64,000 nt of DNA, taken from the NCBI GenBank assembly GCA_951406725.2, contig OX597823.1:78740001-78804000 (forward strand), given 5' to 3'. This DNA is from Octopus vulgaris (taxonomy: Eukaryota). Both the position numbers and the translations under genes were made by a program. Shown piece after piece: positions 13,761 to 28,505 of the stretch (position 1 is its first letter; each line of letters begins with the position of its first letter). A model generated the notes under the pieces. It did no database searches. It was not told the origin of the DNA and saw only the letters and a program-made list of their open reading frames with translations.

Positions 13761-14603
13761 CGATTTTGAAGATTCCTGTCTCTTAGTCACATAACACAAA
13801 GTTTTCACCACTTGGTAGAATTCAGATCTTTCTAGGATTTTACTTCTAAAGAGACCCGAGCTTTTACTTTAAACGTACAGATGTAGTCGGTCCACGTTTT
13901 ACTTCTCATTTTATTTGTTGTTTCAAGCGAGATGTAAGATTAGAAACGTTTCTCTATAATCTTTGTTCCTGACATGTCTTTGCAAATACTTCAGAAGTTC
14001 TGTAGAGGCTGAGCACTTAAATTATTGTTTCTACGTAGCAGAGTTTATCTAGAGGCTATGTATTAAGGTAGTTGGATGACTATCTGTCTATTTACACACG
14101 CACACATTCACGCGCACTCATACACAAATACACTCATGGTCCATATGTATAATTACAATGGACCTAAGAAAAAATAATGCGGAACCTAAAAAAAAGATGA
14201 TAGGATGCATTCATCGTATAAATACAAGTAGGTATGCAGATCTATATGGCAAATAGAGATATAAGTAGATGTAGCGTTTTAAAAATTGCTTAGAAATTAG
14301 GTACTTCATACATATATATTTTTTTATTCGTTCCAGCCTAAAGAGTGTGCCCATTTTATTAATATATCATCTCTCTCTATATATATATATTTATATATAT
14401 ATATACTGCAAGTGTATCTCCCTCTCTCTATATATATGTATTTATGTATATATATGTATATGTATGCATATATATACATATGTATATATATGTATATATA
14501 TGTACATATATATATGTAAGTATATATGTATATATATATATATGTATGTATAGATATCTGTATATATATATATATATGTCTGTGTGTGTGTGACTGTGTG
14601 TGC

Positions 14604-14640
<37 letters not shown>

Positions 14641-14749
14641 TATGTATGCAATTGTATGCCTGTATATGTATATATATATATATATTAATGCATGCAAATA
14701 TACTTCTATGTATGTATCTATCTACGGAAAAAAAATTACAAAAGAAGTG

Positions 14750-15142
14750 CGCTCTTCAGATGTTTGCGCAACGCAGCAGCTGAGCAAGAGTCTTTTTTGT
14801 ACATGGCACAAAAAATTGTGCAGCAGCGGAACTGGCTACACCAAGCACAAACAAGGAACCTTGCCCACCGCTGCGCAAGTCCACCACAGTCAACAAACAC
14901 GGAATGGCCTCCCCTAACGCCTGCACGGTCGTCACGCCAATATTTTTATCTAAATATTGGGGGCTTGTTGCATCGTAATAAAAGCAAAAGTTCATTCCCG
15001 AGAGATCTTGCTGCATGCAATCAAGCCCTATGCATAGCACTCGTGGAAACTCATCGCAGCCCTGATATAGAGGATGCAGAAGTACACGTGCCAAAATATG
15101 CAACACTGCGAACAGACAGAACTGAAAGGAGCCATGGTGGAA
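14750..15142 (+). pseudogene. CR1-group LINE fragment, APE endonuclease N-terminus
   Basis: YLNIGGL..IALVETH..DIEDAEV..YATLRTDR..SHGG matches the start of ORF 17962-19152. Confidence 0.8.
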
Positions 15143-15144
15143 AT

Positions 15145-15587
15145 AGATTTATAAATCATGCGTCAAAGCTTTATTGAAACTTTTCGACATGCATTCCATT
15201 TGTATCCCTGTAAATTTCGAATCTATCTTTTGCGTTGCGAAACACATTTTGAAGCATTTCAGCAGTTATTTCCTGCACTGCTAACTGAATGCATTCTTTA
15301 AGTTTAGCTATACTGTACCTCCAACCCCAGAAAATTATTGCAGCCAAATTGAAAAACAAAAAAAAAAAAGAGCTGCTGTATCAGCAAGATTCAGAAATGA
15401 AAACAAAATCAATAAAAAAATATTAAAAAATTATAAAAATTATAAACAAAATAAAAACAAATTTATACATTTTTAATACATGATTTATACATTTATACAT
15501 TTTTAATACATGATAAACATAAATGTGGGTTTTAAAAAAAAAATTTCCGATTTCACTGAAATAGGTAGTTAATTGTGGGACACTGTA
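15145..15587 (-). mobile_element. Tc1/mariner-superfamily remnant
   Basis: LKECIQLAVQEITAEMLQNVFRN..RFEIYRDTNGMHVEK C-terminal signature; terminus tacagtgtcccacaattaact on minus strand. Confidence 0.6.
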
Positions 15588-15933
15588 TATACAGACGCGT
15601 GCAACATATATGCAAATACATATAGGTAGTGTTTGCTTATTTGCCAAAAATTGCTTGGCATACATTGCTTACTTAGCATATCATAAGTTTTCGAAGTAAT
15701 CTTTTGATACGCGCTTTAAAGCAAGAACAATTATGTTTATTCACTTTGCAGTCGTTTACTTCTGATGTTTGGCGAATTTACGAAGGAATTTTTAAGATTT
15801 TGACAAATATTTGATTTTCATGCTTCTCTAACGTGTCATCATGCAAACTGAAGTGTAAAATGATGGAGATGTGATTTATAAAGATATTATTTAAAAAAAG
15901 ACATATACGACAAATTTCAATATCGCGTATGTA

Positions 15934-16264
<331 letters not shown>

Positions 16265-16732
16265 TCCTGAAGCTGAGACGATAAGACGTGTTTTTACTCC
16301 TCTCTGCGCCGGTCAGCAGCAAGCTTCACAGCTACATTCGTCGTAATTGACCATCACATATATTCCTGTATATTTGAAACCACGCTTTTTCCCAACTCGT
16401 GAGTAGACTTTTCCTTAACCACAAACTATTTTCATAATTTTCAAACGACCAAATATTTTCAAACACCTTCTGATAACTAAAGGATCACCCACACATTAAA
16501 AATTAGAAAAAGAGGGAAAAAAAAGAAAAGAAAAGAAAGATAAAATAACTACAAGCTCATAATTCAAATACAGACTTCTCATTATTACAGCAAACATTCT
16601 GTACAATCAATTCTACATACTTCTCCTTAAAAAAAAAAAAAAAAATAAATAAAATAAAAATAAAAAAAATAATTAAAAGTAATCAACAAAACAAACGAAC
16701 AAAATAAAATTTAATAAAACATATCAACCAGA

Positions 16733-17971
16733 ATGGCTAGCCACCAAAAATCCAACAAAAACTGGTCTGATAATGAAGTCGACGTTCTTATCAACACATG
16801 GCATGGCCTTACCGAAACAGAGAGCATAGGTGCTTCGTATCTGAACGAAATTGCTAAACGAGCAGTTCACCATTTGCAAACTCGATCTGAACAGCAGATA
16901 CAAAATAAATTAAAACAAATCGAAGTTGCTTTTAAATTAATAAATAAACACTTCGATAAACTGAGATGTGTTTTCTCTTCGAACGCATCACCGGCGCAAC
17001 AACAACAACAACAACCTCAACAACAACAAACTCAGTGGCAACAACAACAACTTCAGCAGCAACAACCTCAGCGGCAACAACAACAACAACCTCAACAACA
17101 AACTCAGCGGCAACAACAACAACAGATACAGCAACAACAACAGGATGAACCACTCCTCGATTCATCTACAATGGCCGATTTGCTAAACGAAACGATTGAC
17201 CCCCTAGTCATCAGGGTCACACAGCAGGAAGCACCACCCCTTCCTTTCACTGCCCCAGCAGCTCAATCATCATCATTGTCAACACCATCTCCTCTGCTTA
17301 CTACTACTAGTACAACTCCAACTATGTATCGACAAACATCTTTGTCTTGGAATCGACCTCCTCAATCATTACCACTGTCAACATCTCTTCTACCTACTAC
17401 TACTACTACAACTACTACTACTAATGCTATCTCAAGGAATTTACCTCCTACAGGTCACAAAGGTCGCCAAAACTTCAACAAACTATCATCTACACCTTTC
17501 ACAACTCACACACACACACGTACCTACACACCCACTCGAAACCCCATCATTTGCCGATATTCTCTTCGCCATAGACTGTGCACTGATAGAGACTGCAAAT
17601 TCACCCATTTACCTGGAACAAAACGCTCTATCCCCACAAACTACAACAGCAACCACCATAATACAACACCACCACAACCACCAATATCTCAAACAAGGAA
17701 TCCCCAAATCTGCCGCTATTCCCAGCGAGACAGATTGTGTCTGCACAGGGATTGCCCCTTTACCCATCTCCCGGGGACTCGTCGGACATTTAAAGATAAC
17801 CACTCACATAAAAATAGCCGCGGCCACAGTCACCTGCGGTTCCCTAGACAGGAAACCACCTCTCCTTCCTCTTTTTTAGCTATGATGAATCTAGCAAAAG
17901 AACTGGAAAAAAACATCCGAGCTATCACCCACCACTATCCACCACAAATACCCCACTGCACATGCCATTAA
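16733..17971 (+). CDS. LINE ORF1: Myb/SANT-like N-terminus, poly-Q, two CCCH zinc fingers
   Basis: Open 412-aa ORF overlapping ORF2 by 10 nt; W..NEV..LI..W...IAK...RSEQQIQNKL pattern; two C-x8-C-x4-C-x3-H motifs. Confidence 0.85.
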   Translation: MASHQKSNKNWSDNEVDVLINTWHGLTETESIGASYLNEIAKRAVHHLQTRSEQQIQNKLKQIEVAFKLINKHFDKLRCVFSSNASPAQQQQQQPQQQQTQWQQQQLQQQQPQRQQQQQPQQQTQRQQQQQIQQQQQDEPLLDSSTMADLLNETIDPLVIRVTQQEAPPLPFTAPAAQSSSLSTPSPLLTTTSTTPTMYRQTSLSWNRPPQSLPLSTSLLPTTTTTTTTTNAISRNLPPTGHKGRQNFNKLSSTPFTTHTHTRTYTPTRNPIICRYSLRHRLCTDRDCKFTHLPGTKRSIPTNYNSNHHNTTPPQPPISQTRNPQICRYSQRDRLCLHRDCPFTHLPGTRRTFKDNHSHKNSRGHSHLRFPRQETTSPSSFLAMMNLAKELEKNIRAITHHYPPQIPHCTCH

Positions 17972-20900
17972 AAAGCAATCAAATAAACAAATCACCAAAA
18001 CAATTAAAACCATCCACTCTCGCCTCAACATTTCTGCTTAATGCCCAAGGCATCAGCCCTTCCACCAATACACAAAAATGGAAGATAAGATTTCTGGAGG
18101 ACTGGGTCGAGGCCCATCCAAACCACATCCCTTTCTTCGTCCTCACTGAAACCCATCTTAGTGACCTCCACTTTGAAGCCGAGGTGAAAGTTAAAAATTT
18201 CAAAACCATTCGTGCTGATCGTGCTGGCAGAAGAAAGGGTGGGACTGCCATTTATGTCCATGATTCATTCTCAACAGAAGCCATGAACATATTTTCGAAT
18301 GGATACTGCGAAGCAGTCGCTGTATTCAGTCAAACCAACAACTTAACAGTAGTTGGGCTCTACAGACCACCCCAAACGCCCCTACCATGCTTCAAGGAAT
18401 GCCTCAACAGCATAAAGTGTTTCATTCAGCAGTGTCAACCTGATAACATTTTAATGATGGGAGACTTCAACCTTCCCGGGGTTGACTGGTCTACAAACAG
18501 TCTGCCGCCAGGTTCTTCTCTCTCAACCCCTGACAGGGAGGCAGTGGAATCGCTTCTTGACTTCATGGATGACTTCTTCTTGTCCCAACTGGTACTCGAA
18601 CCAACGAGATGTCACAAAAACGTCTTAGACTTAATTTTCAGCAATCACACTGATACTATCCACAATATTGCAGTGGAGAAAACCCTACTCTCCGACCATG
18701 ACATGGTTCTCTGTGATCTGAGATTTCACTGGCCAAAATGCAAAACAAATGTCATCCCTCCTGTTCATCCATTTGACACTATGGATTTCCACAATGCAAA
18801 CTGGGAAGCGATCAATAATGATCTTGCACAAGTCGATTGGTCCTTCACGCACACATACACACCCACTAACATTAAAAAGTCCTGGCAGTCACTTGTAGAC
18901 ATCATCACGAACATATGTGCAAGACACACCCCATTAAGATCTGCAAACAAATCTAAGTGTCGAATCCCTAGAAATAGAAAATCTCTCATAAGGAAAATTA
19001 AAAGAATCAACAAAAAGATCAACATGCTGAAATACTGTCAACAGCAACACACCAACCTGACTGCCATCTCGTCGCTAGAGATTAAAAAACATAAACTCCA
19101 AAACAACATGATGTCTATCATCAATAGTCAGCGAAGAGCTGAAGAGGCCTGAGCCATTGAGAAGATCAAACTCAATCCCAAAGTGTTCTTTTCATTTGCA
19201 AAAAAACACAGAGTCACTGGTTCTACTGTTGGCCCTCTGATTGATGAAAATGGTACTCTTCAAGACAATGCCAAAACCATGGGAGATATATTGCAGAAAC
19301 AATATTGCTCTGTTTTCAGCAATCCTGATATGACTGATCTGGGCTGTATCAGTGATGTTACTCCCCAATACACTTTATCGGACATAACATTTGGCGCTCC
19401 TGATGTCTTTGCAGCAATAAAGGAAATGAAGCATAATTCAGCAGTAGGTCCCGATAGGTTCCCTGCTTGTGTCTTGAAGATGTGTCAAAACCAACTCGCA
19501 CCCCCTCTAGCCAATCTGTGGCGGAACTCACTGGATGCTGGATATATACCAGAGGACCTTCTATCCCAGTCTGTTGTCCCAGTTTTCAAAAAAGGAAACA
19601 AATCGCTTGCCGTGAATTACCGTCCAATCTCACTCACCTCTCATATCATCAAGGTATTTGAGAGGGTGCTGAGATCGCGTATGACTCACTTCCTTGAGAG
19701 GCATAATATGCTGAACCCCAACCAGCATGGATTCCGTAATGGGAGAGATTGCCTGACGCAGCTACTGCATCATTTTGATGACATTTTGAGAGCCTTGGGA
19801 GAAGGTTCCAACACTGATGTCATCTACCTTGATTTCAGCAAGGCCTTTGACAGGGTTGATCATAAGATCCTTCTGAGAAAGCTGTCCAATATTGGTGTCA
19901 CTGGAAAGTTGCTGCAGTGGATCAAGTGCTTCCTGTCTAACAGAACCCAACATGTTGTAGTCGAAGGAGTCAAATCCAGCCCAGCCAAAGTCAGCAGTGG
20001 TGTCCCACAAGGCACTGTGTTGGGCCCACTTCTCTTCATCATCTACATAAATGATATTACTGATACCATCAAACACAGTAACATCAGAACCTTCGCTGAT
20101 GACTCCAAGCTCCAGAAGGTCATCAATGGCGTGGATGACCGAATAAACCTTCAGTCAGACCTACTGGCTGTTGTCCAATGGGCGGAAAAGAATAACATGT
20201 TGCTAAATGAAGACAAATTTGAACTGATCCACTTTGGAAGGGAGGACGCTCTGAAACTCCCATACTCTCTTCCTTCTGGAGAAATTCTCATGGCATCCAA
20301 CAACATCAGAGACCTGGGAGTAACAGTGGACAACAACATAAGCTGGGCTACACATATAAGCAGCAAAGTTGACATGGCCCGCAGAATGTGTTCCTGGATT
20401 CTCAGAACCTTCCAGTCGAGAGATTCCCACGCTATTATCCTTCTCTTCTCCACTTTTGCCCGACCCCACCTTGAATACTGCTGTCCACTGTGGTCTCCCT
20501 ACACAAAACAAAATATTATGAGAATTGAAGCTCCCCAAAGGTCAATCACAAAAAAGATAGATGGCATGTCAGACCTTGACTACTGGGGTAGACTAGAGAA
20601 GCTGAAATTGTATTCACTCCAACGACGCCGTGAACGCTACATTATCTGTATGATGTGGAAAATATTCCACCAGCACTGTCCGAATGATGTTGGCATCACC
20701 TTCAAAATGCATCCAAGGCTTGGACCACGTGCCATCCGTCCACAACAAAAATCTAAATCGCATCACATAACGACAATACGGCACAACTATTTCACCTCAA
20801 TTGAACCTGCTCTCTTCAACATTACACCAGGGCACGTCAAAAAAGAAACTAACCACACAAAATTCAAGAAGTCTTTGGACAAATTCCTTCAAACAGTACC

Positions 20901-20979
20901 GGACAAACCACCCACACCCGGATATGTCTCCGCAAACAATAACTCTCTGCTCGAATGGGCCTTGGTGCCCAAATCCTGA
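17962..20979 (+). pseudogene. LINE ORF2 (APE endonuclease + reverse transcriptase) with one in-frame TGA at 19150-19152
   Basis: LTETH, GDFN, LDLIF, SDH endonuclease motifs; YRPISL, QHGF, LDFSKAFD, GVPQG, FADD RT motifs; both halves in the same frame. Confidence 0.92.
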
Positions 20980-21070
20980 ACTGAAAGACTTCACCAGGTG
21001 GTGCTATTAAGTTAGACATGGCCTGGGCCAAACTGGCCAAAACCTTTCTAAGTTATTCTAAGTTAAGTTA

Positions 21071-22079
<1,009 letters not shown>

Positions 22080-22244
22080 GCACACGGATTTTTGTCAGTG
22101 AACAGGTCGCGGATTTTAGCGACGAAAATATTTTGACAAATTAAACTTAAATGTTGAAGTGAATCGAACGGCTTTTGTGTGTTTCTTAAATGGCTTATAA
22201 ACACCTTCCACGCTGCAAAATTGTATATATATATATATATATAT

Positions 22245-22745
22245 AATTTAAATAATGAGGGTGATAAATTTAATACTAATTTAATTAACATCAATTTAAA
22301 ACCAGTGGCCTAGCATATAGAAGAATCTGAAAATTCAGAAAAATTGTATTACATGGGTATAAGAACAAATGACCTATAAGTGGACATCCAATATGCTAGA
22401 AATAGATCGCCTATGATCTAACCACAAAGAAAAGAATGTTCTCTAGAAAAATTCAGCAAACACTAGAACATAAGCGGGTAAGATAAATGAAAATATACAA
22501 AATAAAGAATAAATCATAGACCGGTCGTCATTAACGGCGTTACTTACGTAACAACGTCCGTGGCTCTTCAGTACGACAGTTCTAATTCAATATAATTTGC
22601 AGAACTATACACGGGTTCACTGACAAAATCCATGCTGCATCTCGGATGCAGCACGGATTTTTATACACGAGTTGTCCTCATAAAATTAGACGTGTTCTAC
22701 CGATTACATTGGGGTTATTTTCAAATGTCTCGGGGACTGGCGCAT
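22245..22745 (-). mobile_element. Penelope-like/retrozyme-like short element with damaged hammerhead
   Basis: Reverse-complement homologue of 63510-63948; tcgta-CTGAAGA..GA-ccgg-TC-tatga at 22513-22576 (GAAA shortened). Confidence 0.65.
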
Positions 22746-22886
22746 GTGCAGTCGGGCAGAGTCTCTTGCATGAGCAGTCGGTCAGAGATTGACTGCTTGA
22801 AGAGTCATGTAAAGATAGTGCATGCGCAGTTAGTCAAAAATCCGCCCATGCGCTGTCGAACAGAGATTCGCGCATGCGCTGTCGAT

Positions 22887-22928
<42 letters not shown>

Positions 22929-23382
22929 CATTGTATAACATGCTATACAAAGGAGTCGATTTGTTCAATCGAATTTATAGGCTAAGATCCTAGATCCAAG
23001 TCTAAAGAAAGCGATACATTGTAGGACTGGTTCCTAACTCGGAGAATTTTGCTTCTATTTATATTTATTCAACAATACAACAACGATAAGAACAATGTCA
23101 ATAATAATAATGAGAATAATAAAAACAATGGTAATAAAACATAAAAGTTATTGGTAAATGAAAGAAAAACATTGGTGGAATAAAGTTTCAAGTGTTGAGA
23201 AAGAAAAAGAGAGAAATGCTAAGAAAAAAATTGTATTGAGAAAAAATAAGTATTTGCAAGTTAAATAAATTTTATATGAAAAGAAAATACAATTAATTGA
23301 AAACATCTGCCCTGGAGCGGTTCTGTCTCAAATGAATGTCTCTGGATATAAGAGTTCAACTGTCTTGCTAATATTTAATACA

Positions 23383-24351
23383 ACGAGCTAGCAGAAATGT
23401 TAGCACGCCGGGTGAAATGCTTAGAGGTATTTCATGTCTTAACGTTCATCGTTTCGGGGTCAATGAATTAAGTACCAGTTGCGTACTGAGGTCGATCTAA
23501 TCGACTGCCCCCCCTCTCCAAAAACCTCGGGCCTTGTATCTAGAGTAGAAACATATATAATATAATGTGTGTTTTTGAAGGCGGCGAGCTGGCAGAATCG
23601 TTAGCACGCCGGACGAAATGCTTAGCGTTATTTCATCTGCCGTTACGTTCTGAGTTCAAATTCCGCCGTGGTTGACTTTGCCTTTCACTCTTTCGAGGTC
23701 GATTAAATAAGTACCAGTTACGCACTGGGGTCGATATAATCAACTTAATCCGTTTGTCTGTCCTTGTTTGTCCCCTCTGTGTTTAGCCCCTTGTGGGTAG
23801 TAAAGAAATAGGTATTTCGTCTGTCTTTGCGTTTTGAGTTCAAATTCCACAGAGGTCGACTTTGCCTTTCATCCCTTCGGAGTCGATAAATTTAGTACCA
23901 GTTACGCACAGGGGTCGATGTAATCGACTTAATCCGTTTGTCTGTCCTTGTTTGTCCCCTCTGTGTGTAGCACCTTGTGGGCAGTAAAGAAATAAGAAAC
24001 GTTAACACGCCGGGTGAGATGCTTAGCGGTATTTCGTCTGTTGTTACGTTGTGAGTTCAAATTCCGCCGAGGTCGACTTTGCCTTTCATCCTTTCGGGGT
24101 CGATAAATTAAGTACCAGTTCCGCACTGGGGTCGATGTAATCGACTTAATACCTATGTCTGTCCTTGTTTGTCCCCTCTATGTTTAGCCCCTTGTGGGTA
24201 ATAAAGAAATAGGTATTTCGTCTATCTTTACGTTCTGATTTCAAATTCCACCAGGTTGGCTTTATCTTTTATCCTTTCGGGCTCGATAAATTAAGTACCA
24301 GTTGCGTCCTGGGTTCGATCTAATCGACTGGCCCCTTCCCCCCAAATTTCG
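23383..24351 (+). mobile_element. Head-to-tail multimer of SINE family B (about 5 units)
   Basis: gcctttcatcctttcggggtcgataaattaagtaccagtt core recurs roughly every 180-240 bp. Confidence 0.9.
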
Positions 24352-25489
24352 GTATGCGTGTGTGTGTGTGTGTGTGTGTATTTCTTTCCTGGGGATAAAA
24401 AATTATTGTTGTCAAGGATTATCCTAGCAGATAATCTAGCCTAGCAGACCCAACAGCAAAGTTATTCTAGTTGTGTTACCCTGCCCCAGTCGTTTTCAAG
24501 TTATATTGAAGGGTATTATCGAATATGCCATTTCGGTGCTACCTGCGAAGAGATGAACATTTTTGTGGCTGTTGTTGTTGATGAAAATGATGAGAATGCT
24601 TAGTCCAAAGATAATCTTGACCGAACAGACCTATGATATAAGCCATTCAGGCGTGGCCACCTCGTCTTTTTGACATTATGTTTTCAATTACCTTATTCTG
24701 TGGAGTCTTTCATTATATAAAACGGTTTGTTGTTATTAGAAATCGGGTATTTTGCTGGTATTTCCAGCCGTTCATTATGTGACTACGGTGATCCCATCAC
24801 GGCTAAAAATCATAATGTTCGTAGATGAATACGTTACGAGGTTTTGATTCGAATTTTGGGTACAACCATATTATTTCAAATATGTTGTTATTGTTTTGAA
24901 GAAAGGCATCAACATCATTTTCGAATTTCTTTAAACCCTAAAACCAATAACTTGATCACACAGTCTGCTAGAAATGACAGCCAAGTCGTCTTCCAGTCGC
25001 ACCATACCATTATAAATAAGCAAAAGAAACATTGGATTATGCAGTCTTAAATATACACACCAAAACTACGGAGTGATGAAACTAAAATACCTTTCGTCAG
25101 ATGTCTATACGGTCAAGGATTTCTTGGGGCGAAATTTTGGTTTTACAATTTGGCACAATGCCATCAGTTATTACACCACCCCAGGGATATATTTTGTAAT
25201 TGCGATCAAACTAATGGTAAAGCGTATTCCAGCTGTGACAAATCTTTTTTAATGAGTTTTTAGGACTACATCAGCTACTAGGTACCTTCTTTTTATGATG
25301 CCATTGTTTACGAATCGCATGACCCTAGTGCCTTACACTATTCAATGGTTAGTTTCCTACATAGATTAGCTATTATCCTTCATTTATACCTCATAGCAAT
25401 GATTTCTGGTAATAATCAATAATTTGAGAGGAATGGTTCTTCTAAACTAATTACGTTCAGCTGGGAGTCACAAGTTATGGAAGTTTCTC

Positions 25490-26330
25490 GCTCAAAATGC
25501 TTTGAAGGAAACCGTTGAAGATGTATTGTTCCTGTCAAAAAATAAACTTTCAAACCAGCGATGGAAGAAAAATGGGAATTCTTTCTACCCCAAATTAAGT
25601 ACTTAGGGCAAATAATTGATATAAATGGTAGACGTCCCGTCGAGGACAGACGCAAGCTGTAGGTGATGAGTATATTACGAAAATAAAAGAAGCTTTAAAA
25701 AATAAACAAAATTAAAATTCAGGTGCCAGTAGGTTTTCAATTTACGTCGATACTCTGATGCATGCCCAAAGAGTGGTGGTTCAAACTACATTACAAAAAG
25801 GTGTATTGCAATAATTTCACAGCGGACATCCAGGAATGGCAAGGATGAAGGCTCTGATGAGGAGTTATGTCTATTGGCCGTCTATAGACAGATATATCGA
25901 AAACTTGCTGAGAACGTGCCGAGGTTGTGCACTCGCGACCAAAGCCCCGACAGTAAAATATCAATCGTAGCCAGAGATGAAGAACCCCTGGTCTAGGCTA
26001 CATATTGAATTGACTATGTCGGATCGGTAAACGACGCTTACTATCTAATTATAGTATATAGCTGTACTAAGTGGCCGGAGATTTGCAGGTACTATAGACC
26101 AACCTCTAAGACAGCTATAAAGTTCTTATACAAATTGTTTGCGCGATACAGTGTCCCTGACATGCTAGCTTCAGACAACGGAACGCAGTTCTCTGGGTAT
26201 GGATTCAAGAACTTCTGCAAAAGGCATGCGATAAAATATATTTTCAGTCCACCTTACCACCCAAGGTCAAACGGGAATGTAGAAAGATTGGTGGTCACAT
26301 TTCAGAGAGTGTTAAGAAAATGGTTATTAC
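25490..26330 (+). pseudogene. Gypsy/Ty3 pol remnant (RT end, integrase)
   Basis: HSGHPGMARMKALMRSYVYWP..CRGC zinc finger; SDNGTQF and PYHPRSNG.VER integrase core; stops and frameshifts. Confidence 0.85.
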
Positions 26331-27172
26331 ATTTTTAATAATAAAATAAGATGTGTCGTAATATATTGTCCTCGATATCCTACGTCAGAAACAAAGATTG
26401 CTAGAGATATTTGATTCTCAAAATCATCATCAAAAACAGATAAATATTTTGATTATTGTAACCTAATTCTAATGGGTCCACATCGATATGAAAAGAATTC
26501 ACAGAAGGATATACTGAAGAAGAAGACACACGATATTACATTTTTCGGTATCACACGGTCGTTGTTTCGATCAACAAAAATTGCTTTAAACATGAATATC
26601 TAATTTCGTTGGTATAACAATGTTACAAGAAAAGAAAATTGATTTCATATTTTAGAATATAAAAACAAAATAGAAATCTAGGAACCGTAAATAAATTAAA
26701 TTTCTTAAAATGTCTACAAATATGAATAAAAACACTTAAATTAGTTTTAACAAACAGACAATTTATTTCTAAAGAGGGTGAAGAAAAAAGAGGCAACAGT
26801 AAAATGTATGCTGCTTGCTAATTTTTATTTGGAAAATGTTATTTAAGAGGTTTTTTTTGTCAATAATATCAGCTGCGTCGTTGGTCCTAATACAAAGTTA
26901 AAGTGATTTTCTACAGCAGACTTAACAGTTTTTCTCCCAGAAGCTATTTGGTGCCACAGAAATGTCAAGAGTTTTGTATGCTAAATAGTTCATTGTTGTG
27001 TTATATCTTCTGTTCATACAATGTTCCTCGTACTCTTTTCTAAACATATATTATTTACCTATTGTTTTGGATGTTGGCGTCGATAAGGATAGTGAACAAT
27101 ACCGGTTGGCGACAATAGCCTTATAGAGAAAACACAGAATTACTCATACTTCAATATGACAAACCCGCTACA

Positions 27173-27246
27173 TTCTTCTTCTTCTTCTTCTTCTTCTTCT
27201 TCTTCTTCTTCTTCTTCTTCTTCTTCTTCTTCTTCATTTTTTCTTC

Positions 27247-27297
<51 letters not shown>

Positions 27298-27371
27298 TTC
27301 TTCATTATCATCATCATCTTCTTTTTCATCTTCTTCTTCTTCTACTCCGCCTCCTCCTCCTCCTCCTCCTT

Positions 27372-27413
<42 letters not shown>

Positions 27414-27640
27414 CATCTTCTTCTTCTTCTCCTTCTTCCTCTTCTTCATCTTCTTCATCATCTTCTTCATCATCTTCTTCTTCATCTTCTTCTTCATCAT
27501 CTTCTTTTTCTTCTTCTTCATCATCTTCTTCTTTTTCTTCTTCTTCTTCATCATCTTCTTCTTTTTCTTCTTCTTCTTCTTCTTCTTCTTCTTCTTCTTC
27601 TTCTTCTTCTCCTCCTCCTCCTTCTACTCCTTCTTCTTCT
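27173..27640. repeat. Compound (CTT)/(CAT)/(CCT) triplet array
   Basis: Read directly. Confidence 0.95.
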
Positions 27641-27642
27641 AT

Positions 27643-28125
27643 AGAGAGCTGGTAGAAGGGAAGTGCGACGACTTTCTTGGAGAAAATCTAGGTGTCGACG
27701 AGGATCAACTAACCGGTCGGTTTCGGAGAACTTTCGGGCCTCGGCCTATGGATAACTTCCAGAAATTCCTTGCCTGGCAGGGCTACTGAGCGGAGCTGCC
27801 TGTTCGAGGTAAACTTTACAGGCACAGAAGTGCCGTCAGCCGGGCCTGTCTGAGGTGCACCCAGAACGATGAAACCGTTCTGCACGCCCTCGTCCGCTGC
27901 CCGAGTATTGCTGACTTGTAGGTTTATGTCGAACACCTGCTGTCACGTGTGGGATGTATCCGGCTATCAGCTGAATCCATAGTGAATATTGCCCCGCCGC
28001 CCTCCAGTAGCCGGGAGGGGCAGGCAGTTTTTGTTTGTCTGATGAGTGTAGCGAAATAGATAGTATGGTGGACTCGTCTGAAAGGGCTAAAGTCATACAT
28101 TTTCCTCTTTGGCCAAGTCCACTTT
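27643..28125 (+). pseudogene. L1/Tx1-type LINE ORF2 C-terminal fragment
   Basis: Manual translation FLAWQ..LPVRGKL..ACLRCTQNDETVLHALVRCP, the CCHC (zf-RVT-like) domain, with stops. Confidence 0.7.
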
Positions 28126-28164
<39 letters not shown>

Positions 28165-28434
28165 TTAATACTACAACAACAACAACAACAACTACTACTA
28201 CTACTACTACTACTACTACTGCTACTGCTGCTATTACTACTACTACTATTACTGCTGCTACTGCTACTACTACTGCAGCTACTGCTGCTGCTGCTATACT
28301 ACTGCTACTGCTATACTGCTACTACTAATACTACTGCTGCTACTACTACTGTAGATACTGTTGCTACTACTATCACTACTACTACTGCAGCTGCTGCTGC
28401 TACTACTACTACTATTACTATACTGCTGCTGCTG

Positions 28435-28505
<71 letters not shown>

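Noticed and set aside
23383-24351. CRISPR-like periodicity
   Set aside because: Units are SINE monomers without unique spacers; eukaryotic context and no cas genes.
27156-27644. Poly-Ser/His/Leu ORF
   Set aside because: Triplet-repeat translation with no splice or domain support.
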